From: Octopus sinensis
Lineage: Eukaryota
Assembly (NCBI RefSeq): GCF_006345805.1
Contig: NC_043006.1
Coordinates: 55,676,001 to 55,740,000 of the forward strand
DNA: 64,000 bases
Direction of reading: 5' to 3'
How positions within the stretch are numbered: position 1 is the stretch's first letter; each line of letters starts with the position of its first letter. The notes below the pieces were generated by a model that saw nothing but the letters and a program-made list of their open reading frames with translations, did not search any database and was not told the DNA's origin. Shown piece after piece: positions 53,695 to 64,000 of this stretch. The translations under genes were made by a program, and so were the position numbers.

Positions 53695-53795
53695 CAAAAG
53701 TTCTGGATTAAAAGCAGAAGCAGAGGGATTTATTTTAGCTGTACTGGATAATTACTTAACCACAAATAACCACAGATTACTATAAGGACGTAATA
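53695..53795 (+). mobile_element. Old R4/Dong fragment
   Basis: SSGLKAEAEGFILAVLDNYLTTNNH resembles the segment preceding the CCHC knuckle. Confidence 0.45.
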
Positions 53796-54049
53796 TTGAA
53801 CCACGCCTTTCCCCCGTAAGACAATTTAACTAAGTGTTGACAACGCAATTAAAATGATGTGTCCATTGACCACCTTATTCCGGTTGGTGTGCCTTTGTGA
53901 AATTATATCCACACACTTTCGAATTGGCGGCTCTCACAGTTGAATTTTTGAAGGATCGTTTACTATATTAACGGTGAAATTACTTGAGTTTTCCATTAAT
54001 GGTATTTTAGAAGAATGATGTATTTTTAGTCTGGTAAACTGATTTATCA

Positions 54050-55000
54050 AAGTGAATCACAAATATAGGAAAACACATAAAGAGACACACTTAAATATAA
54101 ATATATGCAAAGACGCACACGAACACAAATCAACATACAACCACGCACGCAGAAAACTAGAGACAATCACGCACATGTATGCGCGTGCACACACACGTAC
54201 GCGCGTGCACACACAGATATACACTCACAGAATGCACAAAAGTACTCACGCACAAACGAAATCACATTTGCACTTACAAACATGCAGGCATCGACGCACT
54301 AACATAAGCGAACTCACACACACACGCACACACACACACATACACACACACACACACACACAGTCAAATAAATTCAGAGGTACACGAATAGACAACAGCA
54401 TGCAAAACGCATACAAAATACATGCAAGCACAAACATACATAAACACACATGAATACAGACAGACATAGAAACACATGCAGATGCACAGGGCACAAAGAA
54501 ACACATTAACACGCACAAATACATATAAACACATGCGCACGCAAACACACGTGCACAGAAGCACACATACACCCATGCGCGCACACATACTCACATACAC
54601 AGATATACGTACACACATAAAACGCAGACACGCACAGGCACGTGAAGACAGGCACACAATAAATCACACACACAAGTATACATACAACAACACATCCCGA
54701 CACAGAAAGGTACACAAAACTCAAATGCACACACAAATACATAGATGAACACAGACTTCGTTGAAATACGCACAAAAGCGCATGTACACTCAAGCACATA
54801 CTCACGAAGACTGATTCATAAACACATACGTATATACACTAATGGGTACGCAATCAAAGCACAAACGTTTGACAGGAGCACAAAATACACACACATTGTA
54901 CCAAGCGAACATACACACAACTGTAAACACTGATCTACATGTATATAACCCGACAAAGCAGATTCATCCACACATACACACACATACATGCACATGAACG
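54050..55000. repeat. Cryptic, decayed (CA)n-rich tract of about 950 bp
   Basis: Strong purine/pyrimidine alternation with no exact unit; explains several spurious ORFs. Confidence 0.75.
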
Positions 55001-55499
55001 TTATGTTATGTAAAAATACTGTATTGCTCCGAAGTCCATTAAAGTTTTACAATATTTCCGCTTCCTTTCACATGATATATATCATATAATTTGATTTGCT
55101 AATTTGTTATGTTGTTTCTCTATTCTTGTCTTCCTTCTATTAGCATGAGTTACATTTCCCGAAATAGTGTTTTAATATTAATGTGCATTCAATTATAGTG
55201 TATTCAATCATATGATATTTAATAACATTTGACATTGTCAATTTATTTTCTAATTTATCCTTCGTAACATTTCTTCCTACCATATTTGTATTCGAAGAAA
55301 TAAACATCATATTATGGCAGAAAGACGGCTGTTTTGATTCAAAAGATTACTCACGGAAAACGATCTTTATTATTCTGGTTGGATTCTTTATCTTACGTTT
55401 CAATCGTCTTTTAGTATATTTTTGATTGTTTAAGTCATTAGTAAAGTATATGTATATACCTTATAGGGCCATATATTCTGGAGTGTTTACAAACCGAAT

Positions 55500-56100
55500 A
55501 CCCATATTTAGATGCGGGTATATACAGGGATGACGGCCTTAGTGTTACCTGCAACCTGAATGGACATGAGTTCTGTAGGAAGAAGTTTATTGCATTCTTC
55601 TTGTGTATATGCTTAGATATTACAGTTCATACGAACCATAGCAGTGCCAATTGTATAGCTATCTATTTGGATCTACATTCTTTATCATAAACCTAATGAA
55701 AGATTATCTTATATTAGTAAGGGTTCCAATCACTCTATGTATACTTAAGAACATATATAAGCGAATATCCACCGTCTAATTGAGGCGACTTTCGACAACA
55801 TCTATATGTACTACAGTGCTGCACTTAAGAATAATGTTAGCAGTGAGAATAACCCTGCAATTTCACACGGAACTATAACTAGAAAGGTTATGTGCTTCAA
55901 CCCTATATTTTGTATAAATTTTAGGACTAATGTACCTAGAGAATTTTTAAGTTTTGGTAACTAGGCATTTTCTAAGCGACCATAAGTATAATAGAATTCT
56001 AGAAAGAAGAACCCTAAAGGGTTCTTCGCGTTATTCGGTACATAATATATGCAGGCAGGGCAAACCCAATGATATAAAGGTGGCTATAAGTGTAATTTCA
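55500..56100 (+). mobile_element. Decayed PLE RT fragment (YRDDG type)
   Basis: GIYRDDGL, HKPNERLSYISKGSNH, RKVMCFNP..FRTNVPREF; homologous to the start of the 58395 ORF. Confidence 0.7.
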
Positions 56101-56730
56101 AAGACCCTTGTGATTTCACTCTTAATGGTAATTGCCTGAGCAAATGAGTTGGTTATAGAGCTAAGGACAGATAGATAATAGCCCTATATATAAAACTTAT
56201 GCAAAGAGCCCCAGTAAACAACTCTAGAACGAGATTTTATAAGCGCAATTCATTTAAACAACCGGAAAAAGGTCACCAAGTTTATTTAAACAAAAACAGC
56301 GATTAAAAGAAACTTGTTATTTCTTTTAATTGGTTCTTTTCTTTTAACAATGGTCTATTTTGGAAAAAGTAAATCCATACAAGCATGGATCTTGTGGCTA
56401 TTTTATGTAATGCTTTTAGCACTTAATGCTTAAAGAAAAAATATTTTAAGATAAATCAGTATTGAATCGTAAATCTGAAATTTTCAGAGGATGTAAACAT
56501 TCTTCAAAGTTTCTGATTTAGGAATACTTGCCATTGAATAATTAGCATTTCCATTATTTGCTATTTTAGCATAACCTTGAAAAGAAAAGCATTCTTCTTT
56601 TTATATGGATGAGATTTATCGTTCACGATATATGTTTCGCACATGTTTAAGATATATTATTATATTTTATATTACTTTAAGACTTACGTTCTATTACTCA
56701 TATTTTGAATTGACTGGACTGATTTTTTAC

Positions 56731-56762
<32 letters not shown>

Positions 56763-56819
56763 CATTATTGGTGAATTGAAGAAATGGAGCTGAACGCAGA
56801 TTGAACAGAAATCGTTTTA

Positions 56820-56908
56820 TTTCATTCTACACGTGTTTCGAAAGGCACAAATTACCAAAATCCGATTGAATAATGGGACCATATTGTGTCTTTCTCTTCA
56901 GGAAGAAA
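56820..56908 (-). ncRNA. Type I hammerhead ribozyme motif
   Basis: Mirror of 60437-60525. Confidence 0.75.
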
Positions 56909-57527
56909 AAAGGAAATCCGTTGGAAACACAAAAACAGAACAGAGGCGGAGCAAAAAACAAATCGAACTGTGCTCCTAAGAGCCCATGGCGAAACTGTTT
57001 ATCAGTGTATGTTGAGAACCGGTGGCTGAAGAATTCAACGGGTCAGGCATCGGTCAATCATGTGGGTGAGGGTGTATAGATGTTCTTTGTGACCGAGAAT
57101 AAAGTTCTGACTATTTAAGGAATATTGGATGTTTTATAAGGGGCGAGAAAAAATCTACTTAGAGACGTGTGTGTGTGTATACTGTTCTATATATGTGTGT
57201 GTTGGCGTAGGGGTAGAAAACATTTTTTGTGTACGTGTGTGCGTTTGATCGTTCGGCTGTCAGTGGCTACTGCCGTGATAACCGTTGGGTGGCAGAAAGA
57301 AAAAAATTAAAAAATTAAAAAATTAAAAAATATATATATATTATGTTTTATGTGTGTGTGTGTTCATCTGAGCCTGCCTTGTCAAGGAAACCCCCCCGCT
57401 GTGAGAAAACCAAGCCCCGTTTGTCTTACAGGAGTAATTCCCCTTGCAGTGGTTAATCGTAGATATCTTAAAGGCTATTTCAGAATTTGTTACCAAGGGC
57501 TATGGGTGCCGGTATTATTTATAAACG

Positions 57528-58356
57528 CTATTTAAAGGCCAGGTAAGTGTAACGCCGCCAATGGGGGCATCGAAAAGCCGACTGTAAGAGCCCGTTTACC
57601 ATCCGGCCTCTGGCAAACAAAATATGGAAGAGTTCGGAGACACAAAGGTTGCACTGTCTTCTGCCCCTATCAAATGGGAGGGCCACCGACAAAATTGACC
57701 ATTCCAGCCTATAGCTTAAGTTCGCATCCTTCAGTCGCCATATTAGCTTACTGAGTCCCGTGGTCTGGCGCTTGTTCACGTCCCGAAAAGTTGCGTAATG
57801 GTTGGAGACACGCAAAGACAATCTTGAGGATGATGCCCCTACATAAGTGAAGGCATCTGAGTCCGTGTAAACCTTGCATTGGTAGACGGCGTTTTTGATC
57901 TTGGAGTTCGCCGACGTGAATCTTAATCTGCTAGGATTAGTTTCTGAAATTAGAACTGCGTTCCTGTCACTATATTCGTTCCGAGACCTGCAGCCGCTTA
58001 CTACTCTATTTTCCACTACGTCACTATTAACTATAGGAATAACCCCTGATTCTCCACTATCTATCAGAGTGCTGTCATTGCTACTGCCCGTGGTACTGCT
58101 ATTGCGGGAAATGATGCTGGGGATGCTAATGGGGCTCTCTACCCTACTCCCATTATTACCGTCAACCACAACACCCCTATTTATAACTATACCCCTAGTG
58201 GGTACTCCCTGGCTGGAGCTGAGATTATGTGTCACTGTACTGGCTCTCATCTCATTATTACTACTATAATTATTCCTACTGAGCATTAAACCGGGAGCGG
58301 AAGAGGCTGTGCCTCCGGAAAAAGGTGATAGGGTCTTAGTAAGTAGCCTATTATTA
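57528..58356 (-). CDS. Inverted partial copy of the PLE ORF (linker + GIY-YIG)
   Basis: Identical translation to the C-terminal part of 58395-59825. Confidence 0.6.
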
Positions 58357-58358
58357 GC

Positions 58359-59825
58359 GACTCATACTGCCCTTACCATAAGCCTTCCACTAATTTGAAG
58401 TATGTCAGTGTCTTCTCAAATCATGCCAAAACCGTAACAGACAATTTGGTTAAAAACATCTCTCTAAGATTGTCTGGCTTGTCCGCCAGTGCCGATATTT
58501 TTATGCAGAAAGCGGAATTTTATAACGCCGCACTATCCAAGGCCGGTTATAGGCAGAAGGTAATTTATATTGATCCGGCCCTTCCGATGCCATCATTCGG
58601 TCATCAGGATAGGGCCGTATATAATAACATTAACATTTTAAGTAAAGACGGGAGCGCGGCGGATGCCGGGGTAGTCGCTCCCGCATTTAATTTAGCGAAC
58701 AAGGATAATTATCGGTCCGGGAGGTCTTACACTAACCCAAGACCCGTTATTCATCCGAGAATCACCCACCCGAATGCGAGAGCTGGCGTCCCGACCCATC
58801 ACACTGATAGGAATAAGCATATATGGTTTGTAATCCCCTTTGGTAAGCAGATTAGAACTAACCTCCCCCTCATGTTTAGACAAGCCATCGCCAATAACTT
58901 CCCCAGAAATTCCAAATATTACTCCACGGTTAACTCACATAAAGTTAGGATAGCTTTCTCCAACACTAAAAACCTCGCCCAGATAATCGCCTCCCATAAT
59001 AATAGGCTACTTACTAAGACCCTATCACCTTTTTCCGGAGGCACAGCCTCTTCCGCTCCCGGTTTAATGCTCAGTAGGAATAATTATAGTAGTAATAATG
59101 AGATGAGAGCCAGTACAGTGACACATAATCTCAGCTCCAGCCAGGGAGTACCCACTAGGGGTATAGTTATAAATAGGGGTGTTGTGGTTGACGGTAATAA
59201 TGGGAGTAGGGTAGAGAGCCCCATTAGCATCCCCAGCATCATTTCCCGCAATAGCAGTACCACGGGCAGTAGCAATGACAGCACTCTGATAGATAGTGGA
59301 GAATCAGGGGTTATTCCTATAGTTAATAGTGACGTAGTGGAAAATAGAGTAGTAAGCGGCTGCAGGTCTCGGAACGAATATAGTGACAGGAACGCAGTTC
59401 TAATTTCAGAAACTAATCCTAGCAGATTAAGATTCACGTCGGCGAACTCCAAGATCAAAAACGCCGTCTACCAATGCAAGGTTTACACGGACTCAGATGC
59501 CTTCACTTATGTAGGGGCATCATCCTCAAGATTGTCTTTGCGTGTCTCCAACCATTACGCAACTTTTCGGGACGTGAACAAGCGCCAGACCACGGGACTC
59601 AGTAAGCTAATATGGCGACTGAAGGATGCGAACTTAAGCTATAGGCTGGAATGGTCAATTTTGTCGGTGGCCCTCCCATTTGATAGGGGCAGAAGACAGT
59701 GCAACCTTTGTGTCTCCGAACTCTTCCATATTTTGTTTGCCAGAGGCCGGATGGTAAACGGGCTCTTACAGTCGGCTTTTCGATGCCCCCATTGGCGGCG
59801 TTACACTTACCTGGCCTTTAAATAG
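58359..59825 (+). CDS. 5'-truncated PLE polyprotein: RT thumb + long linker + C-terminal GIY-YIG endonuclease
   Basis: Open frame from the inversion junction (DSYCPYHKPSTNLKYVSVFSNH). YNAALSKAGY, HIWFVIPF, SHNNRLL, AVYQC..TYVG, RVSNH, LSKLIWRLK, CNLC..E, CPH. No interruptions. Confidence 0.85.
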   Translation, partial: DSYCPYHKPSTNLKYVSVFSNHAKTVTDNLVKNISLRLSGLSASADIFMQKAEFYNAALSKAGYRQKVIYIDPALPMPSFGHQDRAVYNNINILSKDGSAADAGVVAPAFNLANKDNYRSGRSYTNPRPVIHPRITHPNARAGVPTHHTDRNKHIWFVIPFGKQIRTNLPLMFRQAIANNFPRNSKYYSTVNSHKVRIAFSNTKNLAQIIASHNNRLLTKTLSPFSGGTASSAPGLMLSRNNYSSNNEMRASTVTHNLSSSQGVPTRGIVINRGVVVDGNNGSRVESPISIPSIISRNSSTTGSSNDSTLIDSGESGVIPIVNSDVVENRVVSGCRSRNEYSDRNAVLISETNPSRLRFTSANSKIKNAVYQCKVYTDSDAFTYVGASSSRLSLRVSNHYATFRDVNKRQTTGLSKLIWRLKDANLSYRLEWSILSVALPFDRGRRQCNLCVSELFHILFARGRMVNGLLQSAFRCPHWRRYTYLAFK

Positions 59826-60436
59826 CGTTTATAAATAATACCGGCACCCATAGCCCTTGGTAACAAATTCTGAAATAGCCTTTAAGATATCTACGATTAA
59901 CCACTGCAAGGGGAATTACTCCTGTAAGACAAACGGGGCTTGGTTTTCTCACAGCGGGGGGGTTTCCTTGACAAGGCAGGCTCAGATGAACACACACACA
60001 CATAAAACATAATATATATATATTTTTTTATTTTTTTATTTTTTTCTTTCTGCCACCCAACGGTTATCACGGCAGTAGCCACTGACAGCCGAACGATCAA
60101 ACGCACACACGTACACAAAAAATGTTTTCTACCCCTACGCCAACACACACATATATAGAACAGTATACACACACACACGTCTCTAAGTAGATTTTTTCTC
60201 GCCCCTTATAAAACATCCAATATTCCTTAAATAGTCAGAACTTTATTCTCGGTCACAAAGAACATCTATACACCCTCACCCACATGATTGACCGATGCCT
60301 GACCCGTTGAATTCTTCAGCCACCGGTTCTCAACATACACTGATAAACAGTTTCGCCATGGGCTCTTAGGAGCACAGTTCGATTTGTTTTTTGCTCCGCC
60401 TCTGTTCTGTTTTTGTGTTTCCAACGGATTTCCTTT

Positions 60437-60525
60437 TTTCTTCCTGAAGAGAAAGACACAATATGGTCCCATTATTCAATCGGATTTTGGTAATTTGTGC
60501 CTTTCGAAACACGTGTAGAATGAAA
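60437..60525 (+). ncRNA. Type I hammerhead ribozyme motif in the PLE 3' region
   Basis: tttcttc-CTGAAGA-gaaagacacaa...ttgtgcctttc-GAAA-cacgtg-TA-gaatgaaa; helix II 10/11 bp, palindromic ACACGTGT helix III, GUA triplet (cut after 60517). Confidence 0.78.
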
Positions 60526-60733
60526 TAAAACGATTTCTGTTCAATCTGCGTTCAGCTCCATTTCTTCAATTCACCAATAATGTTTTAATTTCAATTATCC
60601 GCACCAACGCACGGTTGCAACGCCAGATGGTTGTACCTCCAACCGTGCTGTTTACTGCTGTGATTTTTGCTACTAAGGTATCGGTTAAACTTTTGATTAA
60701 TCTACTACAAGATTATTCATCTTTCTATTTCAC

Positions 60734-60776
<43 letters not shown>

Positions 60777-60781
<5 letters not shown>

Positions 60782-62079
60782 GAACAATCTTACTTAGAAA
60801 TGGATGCGTGCGTTCCGTCATATAATAAATTAATAAATAAATAAAACATATGCATATATACATACATATATGTACGTACCTACCTCTACATGTATATATA
60901 CATGCATATATGGGTACAGGACATCAAAAAAACGACGAACACAATGAGAAACGAAAACATAAACACAAAACCAAGGAAATGGACTTTTTTCTTAAACAAC
61001 GAAAAAATAGAGTACAGGACATACAAAACAAGGGAAATTCTCCTTCTTCAGTCGCCTTTGTTTCATCTACTCCACGTTTCGAAGGTCAAGGTGATACATG
61101 ACTTTAATGAAACTTTCCTTCCCGCGAAAATCAAAATTAAATAAAATTTGAGATTTCTTTGCGGAGGGGAAAAATGGTAACAAAAACAGGACAGTAACGA
61201 CAGTACAAAATATAAACAGTAAAAGACAGGACACGGAGAATAACAGTAACACAAACAAGAAGGGCTGTTAAGCCGAACGAGATAAAATTTTTTACGAACG
61301 CTATTTTTTCAGAACAGCGAGGGAGCAACAGATTTGCCGTCTCTACTTGGAGGTACCCAGGAGAAGAAAGACAGTAGTAGCCTTCTCATCACGTGTCCGC
61401 GACGGGAGGCAGGAGGAGGAGTAAGAAAAAGGGGGAGAAAAAAAGGGAATGGTTGTAGGCGAAAGAATGAAGAATGAGAGAGAGAGAGGGAGAGACAGTA
61501 AGGTAGAAGAAAAGGAAAACCAAAAGAATGAAGGCTGAGAAAGGGAGAGGAGAGAAAGGTTAAGAGTGCGCATCATTATTAATATTAAGAACAATCTTAC
61601 TTAGAAATGGATGCGTGCGTTCCGTGATATAATAAATTAATAAATAAATAAAACATGCATATATACATACATACATATATGTACGTACCTACCTCTACAT
61701 GTATATATACATGCATATATGGGTACAGGACACAAAAAAAACGTCGAATACAATGAGAAACGAAAACATAAACACAAAACCAAGGAAATGGACATTTTTC
61801 TTAAACAACGTATCACCTTGACCTTCGAAACGTGGAGTAGATGAAACTAAGGCGACAGAAGAAGGGGAATTTTCCTTGTTTTGTATGTCCTGTACTCTAT
61901 TTTTTCGTTGTTTAAGAAAAATGTCCATTTCCTTGGTTTTGTGTTTATGTTTTCGTTTCTCATTGTGTTCGACGTCTTTTTGGTGTCCTGTACCCATATA
62001 TGCATGTATATATACATGTAGAGGTAGGTACGTACATATATGTATGTATATATGCATATGTTTTATTTATTTATTAATT

Positions 62080-62082
<3 letters not shown>
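60777..62082. mobile_element. Non-coding tandem + inverted repeat element (probable PLE pLTR derivative)
   Basis: Direct repeats at 60777-61001 and 61584-61810; 61811-62082 is the reverse complement of about 60824-61096. Confidence 0.75.
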
Positions 62083-62121
<39 letters not shown>

Positions 62122-62470
62122 CATGCATGCATGCATACATACCTACATACATGCCTGCATACATAAATGCATACACACATAAATGCATACATACATACAA
62201 GCATACATACATGCATACATACATAATTACATATATACATACATACAAGCATACATACATGCATACATACATAATTACATATATACATACATGCAAGCAT
62301 ACATGCATGCATACAAACATACGTTCGTACAAATGCATACATACAAACAGGAAACGTGCATATTTTGAAATTGAATTTCGTCCTTTTTTTTTGTTTTTTG
62401 TTTCAATCGTTTTTTTCTGTGTCTGCGTGTTCGTTGTTTAGTCATTAACTCTTTCATATATATTTACCCT

Positions 62471-62510
<40 letters not shown>

Positions 62511-63348
62511 TCTCTCTCTCAGTCTCTCTTATTTTCTATCTGTTTTATGCCTTCCAATTACTTTTCCCTCTATGCTTAAAGCTATCCGTGCTAGATACAT
62601 GCTTTCAGTTTTAATTACCTATACATCTTAACCAACATTTATTTTAGTTTTCATTGTCGCTTTCCTGGTATTTTTTTTTATGCTACCCCTCTTATCTTCT
62701 CTCTCTATTCTCTTTAGCTTCTATGGAGCTCCCTTTCTGCTATTTTCCCCACATGACTGCAACTTTCCTCTCTGTTGTAAGATCATTTATTTATTTATGT
62801 ATATATTTTTGCTTTTACTTTTGCATTTATCTTGTAATTGTGATGCTCATTTTACCCGTGTATAAAATTCTAATTTTGATTCTAATTTTAATTCTAGGTT
62901 TTTTACTCTTAATTCCTAAAACAATTCTTCTCATTTACTGTATTTTCCTACATCTTTCTATGTGTATAGACGATTTATATTACCAGTGTTTAATTCAACT
63001 CCGTCTTTCTTTTCATGTTTGCTTTTTTGTTCGCTACGGTCAATCGCTTTTCGTCTTACAGATTACCGTTATTTTGAATACTAATAATGCTCTATCCAAT
63101 CAAATACAAAAGTTGTTTTATTCAATGAGTAATTAAATTATAATTACTGCACCGTTTATAAATAATTATGCATCATTTACGACAGTCTGATGATCGGTTA
63201 CACGAAACTGAGTTTGTGAAAACTTTCCGACTTCAATAAATTACTACACACACACTCACACGCACAGGCACGCACGCACACACATTCACACATATACATA
63301 TACGCACACATATCTACACATATCGATCTGTCTATCTATTTATATATG

Positions 63349-63402
<54 letters not shown>

Positions 63403-63950
63403 ATGAATATCTTCAACATTGCCAAAGCAAACCTACCAATCATTGCCCAAAGTAATGAATTAAAAGACATAATCACGGATCGAGCTATGGTTCTTAGTAA
63501 AAGAAAAAATTACTAACAAAGGCGAAATTTGACCTTAGCAACAAAGACCAAACATTCAATGTATCTAAATGCAGTGATAGCCGCTGTGGCACATGCCAAT
63601 TCATACATACCGGCCAATATATAAACACAAAAACTGGGAAAATATTGACAAACGCGAATATGAACTGCAAAAGCAGAAATTTAATTTACTGCATCAAATG
63701 CCCAAATTGTGAAGAAATATACGTAGGTCAGACGGGAAATGCACTATCAGAACGCTCACGTGTACACCGACAACAGATTAGAGACCCAGAGGTCCGTCAG
63801 ATACCTTTGAGTAACCACCTAGCAACATGTGGTCGGAAAATATATATAATATTTTCATTCTACAAATTACACAGCCCAAGTGAAATCGAGAGGAAAATCA
63901 GAGAAAAGAATTTTATTGATAAATTCGAACCCAAGCTAAATAAGCAATAA
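63403..63950 (+). mobile_element. Neptune-type PLE 3' fragment (Cys linker + GIY-YIG endonuclease)
   Basis: KCSDSRCGTC, NCKSRNLIYCIKCPNCEEIYVGQTG..LSER..HR, EKNFIDKFEPKLN. Confidence 0.85.
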
Positions 63951-64000
63951 TAATAATACTTAGATAGCAGGAAAATTATCTTATTTAGGGTTAAAAGTTA

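Larger units (their letters stand above)
56761..60725. mobile_element. Young 5'-truncated Penelope-like element with a 1.6-kb inverted duplication of its 3' part
   Basis: 56761-58356 is the reverse complement of 58997-60584 (differences seen only in an A/T run). Spacer 58357-58996; extra 3' tail 60585-60725; (TA)n on both sides. Confidence 0.92.

Noticed and set aside
57895-59458. Leu-rich 124-aa ORFs (57895-58269 +, 59084-59458 -)
   Set aside because: Antisense shadows of the PLE linker region, duplicated by the inversion.
61040-61400. Possible permuted or giant-loop hammerhead (gTGATGA-gaagg ... ccttc-GAAA, or CTGAAGA after the cut site) on the minus strand
   Set aside because: C3 is missing or helix I does not pair in either arrangement; not called.
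63175-63225. CTGATGA-tcggttacac-GAAA-ctgag motif
   Set aside because: Helices I and II do not pair convincingly; at most a decayed motif.

Overview
AT-rich, microsatellite-saturated animal genomic DNA. The SINE families and repeat landscape look like an octopus/coleoid cephalopod genome (inference). There is one clear host gene: a rhodopsin-class peptide GPCR most similar to trissin receptors, with coding exons at 21247-21407 and 29882-31003 (+). Its first coding exon was not found. The rest is mobile DNA: tRNA-derived SINEs, a decayed near full-length RTE LINE, R4/Dong LINE 3' fragments nested in an (AAT)n tract, several Tc1/mariner elements and a hAT MITE. Most notable is a dense set of Penelope-like elements (PLEs). 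Several PLE-derived insertions are fold-back (inverted-arm) structures sitting in (TA)n tracts, and they carry type I hammerhead ribozyme motifs with short, mostly palindromic helix III (11 or more full, partial or decayed motifs; one family has a U3-A8 core variant). A decayed Neptune-type PLE at about 48.2-51.3 kb appears to carry a Ulp1/SENP-like (C48) cysteine protease domain inside its N-terminal region. All calls come from manual reading, with no database searches.
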